A stretch of DNA of 64,000 bases, taken from NCBI GenBank assembly GCA_965197425.1, contig CBDANC010000013.1, positions 96,001-160,000 on the forward strand, in the 5' to 3' direction. Positions within the stretch are counted from its first letter, which is position 1, and every line of letters begins with the position of its first letter. Shown here piece after piece: positions 45,437 to 56,009 of this stretch. Under the pieces are notes generated by a model, which saw nothing but the letters and a program-made list of their open reading frames with translations, was not told the DNA's origin and made no database searches. Position numbers and translations under genes: made by a program. The DNA is from Bdellovibrionales bacterium. GTDB lineage: Bacteria; Bdellovibrionota; Bdellovibrionia; Bdellovibrionales; JAUICD01.

Positions 45437-45760
45437 ATGATAGCTTGCGATATAAGGGTAAGCTCACCACTTGCTCTTGTTTTATTTTCCTTCATACTTC
45501 AATCTTGCAGCTCTACTAATAAAACTTTTAGTACAAACACATTATCAGATAGAAAAGTCGCATTCGCTAATATCTCAGGACCAACAGATATCGCAGAAAA
45601 GATATTAGATGGTTCAAAAGGGGGTGATCTACAAACTATCCAAAATATTTTCAGCAGGAACAACCGTGGGAAAATAAAACTAATTTTCAAAATATTTAAA
45701 TACAAATTGCTAACTAAAAAAAATTGCGATATTGAAGTCTGTTGCCTGAATTCTATCTAA
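45437..45760 (+). pseudogene. Truncated ankyrin-lipoprotein 5' fragment
   Basis: Lipobox LQSC, RKVA, then ILDGSKGGDLQTIQNIF (first ankyrin-like repeat) before degenerating. Confidence 0.55.
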
Positions 45761-45780
45761 AAACATAAGGGGCCGTTGAC

Positions 45781-47646
45781 TTGTTTTCTCACGCTAATAC
45801 TATAACAAAAAAATACATCCTGCTTTTTACTCTTTTGGCTTTCTTCACAGCAACTAGTCCAATTGAAACTCATGGTTTTAATAGAGCCAATATATGCAAA
45901 GAAGCTTTAACAAACCCTGCATTATTCCCAGAACCATACAACACCAAAAATACAAAACACACTGAGGAATTATTCTCATATTTTACTAAAAACCTTGTGC
46001 CTGACATACAAAATTCTTTCCAAATACTAGCTTTTGAAATGTATCGTATTTATAAATTTGGGACAAACAACATCAAATTGAGACCAGACACACTTGGCAG
46101 AATTTTGAACACACTAAGCGAGTATCCAGAGCTTAAAAAACGACCCTTTCGAAATTATAATATTATAGTTCAGGAAAGCAGGTACCCGGTTACAGAAAGA
46201 CTTTCAAACTTTTTAAACTCACATCTAAAAAGCAGTGGGCAGATTAAAGCCAACTTATTCAAAATAGAGGATAATATAGGATATTGGAAAAAAATATTAG
46301 ACTACAAAGAACCACCCCAATTTAAACAATATACAGATAAAGAAACAAAAAAACTACTTAGAGAGCAATCTAGAAGACATTTTGAAAACTATTTAAACAC
46401 TGAATTACCTGTATCATTTCGAATTTCACTAGTAGACAAGGTTCCTTCTATAAATTCAAAATCCAAAGCACTTTATTATTATTTGCTAAGCAAAAGAAAA
46501 CATTTGCTAGAAAGAAACCAAAATATAATACCCATATCTCAAGCTATCGTTGATCTTATTCACACTATAGGTTTTCACAACAAAGCCTTTACAGAAACGC
46601 TTAAAAGTGGAGACGGATTAGATAGAATAGATGCTTTTAAAAAGATTTTAGAAAAAAGAGAAGATCTTGCACAACAACTTAATTATAAAAGCTTTGATGA
46701 TGTTTTAGATTTTTTGGGGATTTATGGACCAACAGGTGTAGGAAATCAAAAAAGATTTGTAGAAGAATTAGATGAGCTTGAAAATGAAGTAAAAACTAGC
46801 TCTGATGTTAACGAATATAGTAGTTTAAAGACAGTTCGCCATTTATCGATAATGGAATCACCTTATAGATCATGTATTGGAGGATACGACTGCTCTTCAA
46901 ACATTTACTTACTTAAAGCGCTTGATCCAAATTATCACTACTTCACACTAACTGAGGGACAGGGTTTTTCCAATGGACATGTAACAATAGTTTTAGGGGA
47001 AGCTGAACATAACAACCAAACAATCAAAGTTGCCTTCATAGATAAAGTTCAAAATATTGATAATTCAAAACTTGCACCTATGCTAGAAGCCATCAGAAGA
47101 AGTGTTTCAGAGCAAGGCTATACACTAGCAATGCCTACACACCTGGATTCATTTGCTGTCGGAATAATAAACGGGATAACAAATTCTCTGCTTATTAGTA
47201 ATTATCTAGAGAATTCTATCAAAACAGATGATATGGTTTTCAAAAATTTTAAACCTCATCCAAATTCCTATGATTTCTATTCTGGCGCATCTAGAGCTGA
47301 AACAAAACCTGATCTAAAACCTGTGTCTTACTTGTCAACATTGGAACAGGATAATATACAACCTGGAAATATTAACTATCCTTGGCAACTAGATTCAACT
47401 TTTGATGTAGAACAAGTGGTAGAGGAACTTTCATCTCCAAATAATCTAAGCCTAGAAGCTAAATTAGCTTTCATATCAGCTACTGAATACTTAATCAAAA
47501 ATGAATTATATAATAACATTAAGTGGACCAAAGATATTATACAATCATGGAAACAAAATAAAAACGAACCACTGGAGCTAAGAAGAAAGGCAGCTATCCA
47601 TCTTAACATATTAGATCTGTTAGAAAGTTTCCAAGATGAGACTTAG
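45781..47646 (+). CDS. Large hypothetical exported protein
   Basis: 621 aa ORF, signal peptide, ICKEALT motif, ESPYRSCIGGYDCSS conserved-looking block. Confidence 0.85.
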   Translation: MFSHANTITKKYILLFTLLAFFTATSPIETHGFNRANICKEALTNPALFPEPYNTKNTKHTEELFSYFTKNLVPDIQNSFQILAFEMYRIYKFGTNNIKLRPDTLGRILNTLSEYPELKKRPFRNYNIIVQESRYPVTERLSNFLNSHLKSSGQIKANLFKIEDNIGYWKKILDYKEPPQFKQYTDKETKKLLREQSRRHFENYLNTELPVSFRISLVDKVPSINSKSKALYYYLLSKRKHLLERNQNIIPISQAIVDLIHTIGFHNKAFTETLKSGDGLDRIDAFKKILEKREDLAQQLNYKSFDDVLDFLGIYGPTGVGNQKRFVEELDELENEVKTSSDVNEYSSLKTVRHLSIMESPYRSCIGGYDCSSNIYLLKALDPNYHYFTLTEGQGFSNGHVTIVLGEAEHNNQTIKVAFIDKVQNIDNSKLAPMLEAIRRSVSEQGYTLAMPTHLDSFAVGIINGITNSLLISNYLENSIKTDDMVFKNFKPHPNSYDFYSGASRAETKPDLKPVSYLSTLEQDNIQPGNINYPWQLDSTFDVEQVVEELSSPNNLSLEAKLAFISATEYLIKNELYNNIKWTKDIIQSWKQNKNEPLELRRKAAIHLNILDLLESFQDET

Positions 47647-47853
47647 TGACCCTATGTTTTTATTTGTGGTACGCTTAGGTTACATGATTACTTTTTTATG
47701 CCCAAGTTTGAACATCAAGTTATACAAGAATTTATTGATAATATCATATGTTCAAGGGATGAAAGATTAGAACTAACACTAGTACACACCAAATACAAGC
47801 GTGCATATTCTGACGTTTCAAAATGAAAATTAAATTTTTATTTTGCATCTCCA

Positions 47854-49245
47854 CTAGTCTGTAATTATTCTACCAGTACTTCTGAGTATTTTAGCAATTT
47901 CAACATAATCACTCGAATATAAATATGCCCCAAAATATGCATACGCTAACGCCGCAATTCCATATCTGTCCTCAACATTAATATCCACTTCTGTTTTATT
48001 TGCCAAATATTCAACAACCTCTGTGTGACCACCTATAACCGCTAAAGTTAGTGCATTTCTTCTATCTATATCCCTAATATTGGCATTTCTCTTTAACCAA
48101 TTGTCATTGTACATTTTGACAATGTCCAAATGCCCATTTTTACAGGCGATCATGAATGCATTTTGCTTATTCAAGTTTACATAGCTTATTCCAATATAAG
48201 GTGTTTTTAATAAAATATCTGTAATTGTAACATCTCCTTTAGTGGACGCCCACATTAAAGCGGTCATACCAAGGCTATCTCTTGCATTTATATCAGTATC
48301 CCTCTTTGCAAACATAGACTCAAACACATCAATATAACCTGAAGCACTCGCTTGAAGTAAATTGTCGATTTTAGCTTTGTCCATCAAATTAGGGTCTACA
48401 ACAACATCTTCATCTAATTTGGTTGTAACATCTAAATCAATATTGGGAATGCCTTGCAAAATATCCATCACCTTAGTGTGTCCATTCATAACAGCCAAAT
48501 TATAAGCAGGCTGTCCCCAGGAGTTTTTAGCATTTATATCTACATTGTCTGTTGAAACATCAAGTATGGTTTGAACAACTTGCATGTGATTGTTCATACT
48601 TGCAAACATCAAAGCCGTATAGCCAAATAAGTTGTCTGCATTTACATCTGCCCTTCCACTAGTAAGAAGAGAGCTGATTACATCGGTATGTCCATTTATG
48701 CTCGCTAACATTAAAGCTGTATAGCCATCTGTGTCTTTTTTATCCGCATCAACGCCAGGGTGTTGTAATAACAGATCAACAATATCCTGTCTTCCCTCAG
48801 AACTTGCTAGCATCAAAGCCGTGGTATTATAATTATCAACAGCACGAACATCCAAATTCTGGTATGTCGCCATTAAAGTATATACAGAATTATATGTTCC
48901 CTTAGAACTTGCTATCATCAAGGCATTTCTGCCCCTCATATCTTGAACATTTGGATCAATCTCGTCAATTTGAAGATCTGGCTGAAAATCAGAAATCTTG
49001 GATAAATACGAAATAAGCTCAGAGTCACTATTTCCAGCAGCAGACATCAGGACTGTTTGACCATGCTTGTCTTGATAGTTTATATCTATACCTGATTCTA
49101 ACAGTTCTACAACCCTATCTATATCACCATTCTTTGATGCTTGTATTATGTCTACTTCATTAGTATCTACAGCTAAAGTATTCTCTTGTGCAAAACTATG
49201 ATTAAAACAAAAGAACAAAATAGTAATAGCTAGCTTTATTATCAT
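47854..49245 (-). CDS. Exported ankyrin repeat protein
   Basis: Signal peptide SFA; multiple GYTALMLAS-type repeats. Confidence 0.95.
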   Translation of the reverse strand: MIIKLAITILFFCFNHSFAQENTLAVDTNEVDIIQASKNGDIDRVVELLESGIDINYQDKHGQTVLMSAAGNSDSELISYLSKISDFQPDLQIDEIDPNVQDMRGRNALMIASSKGTYNSVYTLMATYQNLDVRAVDNYNTTALMLASSEGRQDIVDLLLQHPGVDADKKDTDGYTALMLASINGHTDVISSLLTSGRADVNADNLFGYTALMFASMNNHMQVVQTILDVSTDNVDINAKNSWGQPAYNLAVMNGHTKVMDILQGIPNIDLDVTTKLDEDVVVDPNLMDKAKIDNLLQASASGYIDVFESMFAKRDTDINARDSLGMTALMWASTKGDVTITDILLKTPYIGISYVNLNKQNAFMIACKNGHLDIVKMYNDNWLKRNANIRDIDRRNALTLAVIGGHTEVVEYLANKTEVDINVEDRYGIAALAYAYFGAYLYSSDYVEIAKILRSTGRIITD

Positions 49246-49455
49246 AACTTACTCCATTTTTTTTAATCGTTTTTTATTGCTGTTATATTGCAAACATACA
49301 GATGTGTTTCAATCAAGAATATTTTTAAACGATCTGTTTTTTATACAGTTATCTCGTACATTACTTTTTCACCATTTAAATGATTATGGCCTGGTATTAG
49401 TTTCATTAACTCTAAAGTTTGTTGATCTTGTCTACACTTTTTTGTAATACTCCTA

Positions 49456-49920
49456 ATGAGGTTCTTTATGAGACATGTTCATGTTACTGTAGCTGTTTTG
49501 TTTTTTGTGTCCAACGTAGGATTTACTAATACACAAACAACCAGAATGCCTAACCCTAGGCACATAGCTAAACTTAATGCCTCTTATAAATCTGTGACGG
49601 GTAACTGTGAATTTGTAAAAGGTATCATGGATGATGCCACAAGGCTTGGTATGGATAATCCTGAGTTTGAAGAAAAGCTCTGGGATAAACTTTCTTCGAA
49701 GAATGAAACAGGTAGATATTATATAAAAGACACTAATTGTAAGAAGGAGCTTCAGGCTTTTTTAGGAACTAGTTGTGAGTACGGTGGTATTAAAGGTGAA
49801 GTTGCGTGTGAGATGATGCACTTGGCTTCTAGTAGTTATGATGCACTGGAGAAGTATAAGAGCCTGACACCTGATCAAAAGCAGTTAGTGAGGAGTTCTT
49901 TGCTAGTCATGAACTGTTAA
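49456..49920 (+). CDS. Exported protein, short or truncated paralogue of 21976-22818
   Basis: Shared PEFE, GRYYI, LEKYKSL motifs and four Cys. Confidence 0.75.
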   Translation: MRFFMRHVHVTVAVLFFVSNVGFTNTQTTRMPNPRHIAKLNASYKSVTGNCEFVKGIMDDATRLGMDNPEFEEKLWDKLSSKNETGRYYIKDTNCKKELQAFLGTSCEYGGIKGEVACEMMHLASSSYDALEKYKSLTPDQKQLVRSSLLVMNC

Positions 49921-49997
49921 ACCGTGAACTATTCAACGTTGACCACCATCTAAAATTTGAACACATAGCGAACAAAATATTTAAACAAAGAATACAA

Positions 49998-50384
49998 ATG
50001 GCCGACAAGTTACGCATGTATAAGTATGTGTTTTATCCTATCATGACAAAATATGGAACTATGGCTGGAAGAGCTTCTAGAGCCGAGTATTGGTCAATTA
50101 CGGTATTTTTAACTATACTTGCCTTGGTTATATATGCAGTTGCAGACAATATACCTCCTACACAATCCGTAGGTAATATCTTTTTTTTGGTATCCGAAGT
50201 TATACTTATCATTCCCTGGATATGTGTATCAATAAGAAGGCTTCATGACACAAACCGTAGTGGATGGTATTACTTTACTTATCTTATACCTATCATTGGT
50301 ATAATAATTCTATTAATATTTATGTGCTATCAAGGAACTCATGGAAAAAATAGATATGGATCTGATCCACTCGGGAAGCTATAG
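49998..50384 (+). CDS. DUF805 (YhaH-like) membrane protein
   Basis: GRASRAEYW, RRLHDTNRSGW, GKNRYGSDP. Confidence 0.93.
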   Translation: MADKLRMYKYVFYPIMTKYGTMAGRASRAEYWSITVFLTILALVIYAVADNIPPTQSVGNIFFLVSEVILIIPWICVSIRRLHDTNRSGWYYFTYLIPIIGIIILLIFMCYQGTHGKNRYGSDPLGKL

Positions 50385-50511
50385 GAGGTTTAAGATTTAC
50401 AAAAACTATCATGTCTTGTTGCATGCTACTTTAGGCTCAAAAGTTTATTTAAACACCACATTTATAGGCTTACACTAGACTTAGCTGTCACATGGGGTTA
50501 AAACAACCTCA

Positions 50512-51624
50512 ATGTCTAAAATTATATCAACATCTAAAATTATACTAACACCTGGGCCTGTAGCTATACCCCCAGAAATAAAAAGTATATTATCGGACCA
50601 GACAATACATCATCGCTCTTCTGAATTTAAAAATATTCTTTTACGAGTATTGAAAAAACTTCCAGAATTTTTTGGATCAAAAAATCCTGTAATATTACAA
50701 CCTGTCACAGGAAGTGGTGCTATGGAGTCATCCCTGGTAAACACACTTTCTCCAAAAGATAAGGTGTTTATCATAAACTCAGGCAAATTTGGAAATAGAT
50801 GGGTTGAAATAGCAAGTAAGTTAGATCTAAATATTACAGAGCTAAAAATTCCGTGGGGAAAAAGTTTTCAAGTAGAAAATGTATTGGAAAATTTAAAAGA
50901 TAAAAAAGCAATCCTAACCCAACTGTCAGAGACTAGCACCGGAGCAATACACTCAATAAAAGAATTGGCCTTGCATACAAAAAATAAAGATATCTTACTA
51001 ATAGTTGATGCCATATCTGCCCTGGGATCAATGGATTTTGAAATGGACTGGGGTATCGATGTGGCATTCGCAACCTCACACAAAACTTTTATGTCGCCCC
51101 CAGGAATAAGCACAATTTGTTTAAGTGACAAAGCATGGAATTTTTATAAAGAAAGCAAATTTAATAAATACTACCTAGATCTAAAAGCAGATCTTGAAAG
51201 TGGCAAAACAGGACAAACCAGATTTACTTCCTTTGTATCGATTATAAGAGGCATAGACTGGGTACTAAATAACATAGACAAACAACAACAAATAAAACGT
51301 GTAAATAAAATTTCACAAACTCTTAATTTAATTTCTAATTTGGGATTTAAAATTTTCCCTGAAAACCCAAGTCCAACATTAACAGTGGCCACACTACCTA
51401 CTACAAAACTTAATGCAGAAGAATTAAAGACGGAATTAGACAAGAAATATAGTATATCAGTTGCCAGTGGACAAGGACCACTAAAAAATAAAGCTATAAG
51501 AATTGGTCACATGGGATATATCCAAAACCAGGACATAATCTTGCTGATAGAATCACTAGCAGAAATTTTAAACTATAAAAAAGCAGATGATTTGCTTTTT
51601 GAAGTTAAAAAAATTATGGAGTAG
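50512..51624 (+). CDS. Class V PLP aminotransferase (serine-pyruvate/alanine-glyoxylate type)
   Basis: LTPGP, HHRS, TGSGAME, ETSTG, VDAIS, SHK, IRIGHMG. Confidence 0.93.
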   Translation: MSKIISTSKIILTPGPVAIPPEIKSILSDQTIHHRSSEFKNILLRVLKKLPEFFGSKNPVILQPVTGSGAMESSLVNTLSPKDKVFIINSGKFGNRWVEIASKLDLNITELKIPWGKSFQVENVLENLKDKKAILTQLSETSTGAIHSIKELALHTKNKDILLIVDAISALGSMDFEMDWGIDVAFATSHKTFMSPPGISTICLSDKAWNFYKESKFNKYYLDLKADLESGKTGQTRFTSFVSIIRGIDWVLNNIDKQQQIKRVNKISQTLNLISNLGFKIFPENPSPTLTVATLPTTKLNAEELKTELDKKYSISVASGQGPLKNKAIRIGHMGYIQNQDIILLIESLAEILNYKKADDLLFEVKKIME

Positions 51625-51627
51625 AGC

Positions 51628-52536
51628 TTGAATATTTTTATCACAGATTATTTTTTTGATATAAAAGGCTTAAGAGAAGATAGTCACACAGTAGCTACAA
51701 AGGAAAACCAGACCTTTGAGCTAAAAGAAACCGAAATTATAATTACAAGATCCAAGACAAACATAGATAGCGATTTTTTAGATAAGTTTCCAAAATTAAA
51801 ATTGGTAATAACTACCACTTCTGGCTTTGAACATATAGATTTAGCGGAGTGTAAAAAAAGAAACATTGTATGTGCCTATACCCCGGATGCTAATGCACCT
51901 TCTGCTGCTGAACTCACCTTGACCTCAGCACTTATTGCACTAAAAGACATTAAAAAAGCTTTTTCAAATATAGAGGGAAATTGCTGGAGAGAAAATTTAA
52001 ATTCTAGGGAGCTTTCGAATAAAACTTGGGGAATCGTAGGTTTTGGTAGAGTGGGAAAGAGGCTTTATAAACTACTAGATGCATTTCAACTAAAAATTTT
52101 AATCTATGATCCTTATGTTAAAGTTCCCACAAAAAATGTGACTTTAGATGAGATTTTCTCAAACTCAGATATTGTAAGTCTGCATGTGCCCAACACAAAA
52201 AAAACCCGTAAAATGGTGACTGAAAATTTAGTTTCAAAAATGAAAAAAAACTCAGTGCTAATGAACATGTCCAGAGCAAGTGTAATAGATGAAGAAGTCA
52301 TAAAACATGCGTTAGACAATGAAATAAAGGTATGTTTGGATGTGTTTGAATCTGAGCCTTTAACACAGTCTAATCAATTTAAAGGTGCAATTTTAACTCC
52401 TCATATAGGTGGATTTACTAAAGAAGCACAAAGAAGAGCATCTGAGGATACATTAAATATTATCCGAGAGTTTATATCCAAAGGTTTGATTACAAAAAAC
52501 CAACTGCCCCCTAAGGCCTCTTGGTATGACGGATAA
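51628..52536 (+). CDS. D-isomer 2-hydroxyacid dehydrogenase (SerA-like, no ACT domain)
   Basis: GIVGFGRVG, VSLHVP, LDVFESEP, LTPHIGG. Confidence 0.92.
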   Translation: MNIFITDYFFDIKGLREDSHTVATKENQTFELKETEIIITRSKTNIDSDFLDKFPKLKLVITTTSGFEHIDLAECKKRNIVCAYTPDANAPSAAELTLTSALIALKDIKKAFSNIEGNCWRENLNSRELSNKTWGIVGFGRVGKRLYKLLDAFQLKILIYDPYVKVPTKNVTLDEIFSNSDIVSLHVPNTKKTRKMVTENLVSKMKKNSVLMNMSRASVIDEEVIKHALDNEIKVCLDVFESEPLTQSNQFKGAILTPHIGGFTKEAQRRASEDTLNIIREFISKGLITKNQLPPKASWYDG

Positions 52537-52578
52537 ATAAAAAAATTAAATTTGATGGCTTTTAGTTGGCCATTACAA

Positions 52579-53949
52579 TTATTTTTGTTGTTTAGAATTT
52601 AATGCTCTAAACTCATTACAAGCAGAACTATAGTTCGTATAGGAGCTACCCCGGACACCACAGTATATTCTTAACAGCATCGATCCTTTTGTTTTATTCC
52701 CTCTTCTATATTCTAAATGTCCTAGGGATTCACATCCTTTTATAGAAGCCCAATTATCAGGTTTCTTCTTCATTGCCTCATCAACATCACCACAAACTTT
52801 CTCATACATTTTTCTAGCAGCGGCAATGTTTCCTCTTTTTTCCTCCAAATTTCCTAGGCTCGAGCATCCTTCTATTTTTCCATTATCGCATTTTGCCTTG
52901 TGCAGCTCGTATAGTTTGTTACTATTACATTCGGGGGAGTTTTGAAATCCCCGCTCTGTTCTGTAACAGGCTTCCTCGTGTATTTTTATAGCGGAGGCAA
53001 TATTCCCACTCTTTTGTTCCAAATTTCTAAGACTCCAGCACCCTTCTGCCAGCCTTTTACATGCCTCCGAGTAAAGTTTTTTAGCGGAGGCAGTGTTTCC
53101 TTCCCTCTCCTCCAAATGTCCCAAACCAAGGCATCCTTCTGCCGACCAATCTTTACATGCTTTCGAATAAGCTTTTTTAGCTTCAGTGGTGTTTCCCCTC
53201 TTTTCTTCTAAAGAACCAAGGGAATAACACGTTCCACCATCCAAGTCATGATAACAATCTTTCTTATATGCTTTTATAGCCAGTGGAATATTCCCACTCT
53301 TTTGCTCTAAAGCTCCGAGCCAGTAGCAATAAGAAGAGCTTTTGTCACACACTTTTTGGTACACTCTCCGAGCTTCATTTATGTGACCATTTTCTTCTTC
53401 CAGCTTCCCTATTTCAAAGCAGTAGGACAGCTCAGCAGAGTTAGGAGAGTATTTACTCAGATCACAAACTTTTGTTTTTCTGAAAGTCTCTCTAGCCTTG
53501 GCAATATTATTTCTTTCATATTCCAATCTCCCAAGATCGAAGCAAGCTTCAATAAAACTTCCATTACATGCTTTTTCATACGATTTTTTAGCTTGAGCAA
53601 TATTATTCTTGTATTCTTCTATTTCTCCAAGCAACAAACATCCCCTCATTTCTCCACCTTCACAGGCTTTTTTGGACGCTCTCTTAGACAAATCAAAATT
53701 ATCAGTCAGGCTACAATTACGAAGAGCAACCTTCATGCACATTGATACATCTCCTTTGTCACAAATTAACATATCCCCCTTCCCACAAGATGTCATTCTC
53801 CCGGTTTTTGGATCTGCACAGTCAGCAATGATCCCGTGGCAACTTGGATACTTTTTTGTCTCTTTTTTTTCTTGTTTTAAGTTTATGGACCTACCTACAA
53901 CAACATTGAACAGTAAAAAAACAAGACAATATACAACAAACACCCTCAT
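52579..53949 (-). CDS. Exported cysteine-rich Sel1-like (Hcp-type) repeat protein
   Basis: Repeated A..Y.KAC......C..LG.LE...GN units. Confidence 0.9.
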   Translation of the reverse strand: MRVFVVYCLVFLLFNVVVGRSINLKQEKKETKKYPSCHGIIADCADPKTGRMTSCGKGDMLICDKGDVSMCMKVALRNCSLTDNFDLSKRASKKACEGGEMRGCLLLGEIEEYKNNIAQAKKSYEKACNGSFIEACFDLGRLEYERNNIAKARETFRKTKVCDLSKYSPNSAELSYCFEIGKLEEENGHINEARRVYQKVCDKSSSYCYWLGALEQKSGNIPLAIKAYKKDCYHDLDGGTCYSLGSLEEKRGNTTEAKKAYSKACKDWSAEGCLGLGHLEEREGNTASAKKLYSEACKRLAEGCWSLRNLEQKSGNIASAIKIHEEACYRTERGFQNSPECNSNKLYELHKAKCDNGKIEGCSSLGNLEEKRGNIAAARKMYEKVCGDVDEAMKKKPDNWASIKGCESLGHLEYRRGNKTKGSMLLRIYCGVRGSSYTNYSSACNEFRALNSKQQK

Positions 53950-54233
53950 ATAGTATTCACTACCATTTGATATTTCCTTGGTTCTCGCCCTTACTTATAG
54001 CTCCTTGCCAGTATCCCACACCATAACTTAAAGATATAGACAAAAACATTACTTTAAACACGCAGGCTTTGGGGACATTAGAAATGTAAACCAAAAAGAA
54101 TAAGGTTAGGCTACTATTTATTATATCGATTGCTTATGGCATGTAGCAAGAGAATTTACACCCAAAGGAAGCTTTCTTAACCAATCAAAATTGCTGGCAA
54201 AGTAAATCTAAGTTAATGATTTACAACCCCACA

Positions 54234-54255
54234 AACTACTACTATAATAGTAGTT
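54234..54255. promoter_or_regulatory. Probable operator palindrome of hipBA-like operon
   Basis: AACTACTA-N6-TAGTAGTT overlapping TATAAT. Confidence 0.6.
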
Positions 54256-54284
54256 ATATTAAATAATAGAGGTTTACTAATATT

Positions 54285-54593
54285 ATGGTAGTAGTTTTTA
54301 ACAACACTAACGCCGGGGAACTTTTGAAGCAATACTTAAAAGAGAAGCGGCTTCAAACGGGCTTATCTCAAGAAGGTTTAGCAAATCGTTCTGGTGTTAA
54401 GCTTGCTACCTTACGCAAGTTTGAGCAAAGTGGAATGATATCTCTAAAGTCGTTCCTTAAGCTTCTTTCTATTTTAGGTGGGTTGGATAAAGTAATGGAT
54501 GTTCTAAAGCCAACTGATCCCATTTTTCACTCCATAGACGAAGTAATTAAACTTGCAAAAAAGCCAAGAAGAAAAAGGGGCAAGCTTAAGTGA
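54285..54593 (+). CDS. XRE/HipB-like HTH antitoxin
   Basis: GLSQEGLANRSGVKLATLRKFEQSG; GTGA overlap with HipA. Confidence 0.9.
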   Translation: MVVVFNNTNAGELLKQYLKEKRLQTGLSQEGLANRSGVKLATLRKFEQSGMISLKSFLKLLSILGGLDKVMDVLKPTDPIFHSIDEVIKLAKKPRRKRGKLK

Positions 54594-55810
54594 AGTACAC
54601 TCCTATAACCAACATAAAAGTATCTATTTGTTTTAATGCAGACAATAAACTTACTGTTGGAAGATTAGCAATTTTAAACAACACAATTTACTTTGAATAT
54701 GATCCTAAATTTATTGAAACCAAACTAGAAATTTCTCCGTTTAAACTCCCACTCACTAGAGAAACAAAAACATTTGATCTATATACAGAGGGCCTGCCGG
54801 GAGTTTTTAATGATAGCCTTCCTGATGGATGGGGACGTTCATTATTGGATAGAAAGCTAACAGAAGCCGGCATAGTCCCAGAACAATTGTCTCCACTAGA
54901 TAGGCTTGCTTATACAGGAGACAGGGGTATGGGTGCACTTACCTACGAACCCGATTTTGCACATAACTTTGATGAAATACGTTTAAACCTAGACACTTTA
55001 GCAAAGCAAGTAAATCAATTTCTATCGGGCAATTCTACTAAGGTATTAGAGCAATTAATTCAATTAAATGGATCTTCAGCAGGAGCGCGACCAAAAGTGA
55101 TGATTGCTTTAGATAAGGGAAGGAAAAATATTTTATTTAATTTAAATAAAGAAGGTTATGAACAGTGGATAGTTAAATTTCCAAACTACAATGATGGAAA
55201 AGATAAAGGTGCTATAGAATATGTTTATGCACTTATGGCAAAAGAGGCTGGTCTTAATGTTCAAGAGTGTCATCTATTTGAAGCTAAAAACTCTCCAGGA
55301 TATTTTGCAACCAAGCGATTTGATCGTTTTAATAATAACAAGATTCATGTTCATAGTGTAGCCGGATTAATAAATGCAACCACTGATACTTTCACAGACT
55401 ATGAATTTTTATTAAAGCTGACTTTGTCGTTGACTAAAGATATTATCGAAGTAGAACAAATATTTAAGTTAGCCGTGTTTAATGTTTTAAGCTATAATCG
55501 TGATGACCACCTCAAAAATTTTAGCTTTTTAATGCATGAGAATGGAAATTGGAAATTATCTCCCGCATATGATCTTACATTTTCATCAGGACCAGGAGGT
55601 CAGCACACTACGACAGTTTTGGGTGAAGGGCAAAACCCTACAACAAGTCATCTAATTGAATTAGGAAAAAGAGCAGAAATAACAAAGAAGAGAATCGATA
55701 CAATTATTGCTCAAACTAAAGCAGCACTTGCAAAATGGAATAAATATGCAAAAAAGTGTGGAGTAAATAAAGAGAACATAAAATTGATAAATTCTAGAAT
55801 ACAATCGTAA
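54590..55810 (+). CDS. HipA family kinase toxin
   Basis: DSLPDGWG, SSAGARPK, WIVKF, KRFDR, NRDDHLKNFSF, LSPAYDL. Confidence 0.95.
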   Translation: MKYTPITNIKVSICFNADNKLTVGRLAILNNTIYFEYDPKFIETKLEISPFKLPLTRETKTFDLYTEGLPGVFNDSLPDGWGRSLLDRKLTEAGIVPEQLSPLDRLAYTGDRGMGALTYEPDFAHNFDEIRLNLDTLAKQVNQFLSGNSTKVLEQLIQLNGSSAGARPKVMIALDKGRKNILFNLNKEGYEQWIVKFPNYNDGKDKGAIEYVYALMAKEAGLNVQECHLFEAKNSPGYFATKRFDRFNNNKIHVHSVAGLINATTDTFTDYEFLLKLTLSLTKDIIEVEQIFKLAVFNVLSYNRDDHLKNFSFLMHENGNWKLSPAYDLTFSSGPGGQHTTTVLGEGQNPTTSHLIELGKRAEITKKRIDTIIAQTKAALAKWNKYAKKCGVNKENIKLINSRIQS

Positions 55811-55928
55811 AAACTTTCAATAGTGTAACACACCCCAAAGCAACTGAAACTTTTTAGAAACATCACGAACTTAAGTTTAAAATCTATACACACAAACTCC
55901 TGTGCCATCGAAATTTTTATGATAGAGG

Positions 55929-55944
55929 TGGCACGGTTTTTGCT
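55929..55944 (+). promoter_or_regulatory. Sigma-54 (-24/-12) promoter
   Basis: TGGCACGGTTTTTGCT, exact consensus spacing, upstream of 56010. Confidence 0.75.
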
Positions 55945-56009
55945 GATTATGAGAAGAGAAATAGAATAACTTACATCAAGCTTTTAGAAAATTATTCAAG
56001 AATACAAAT

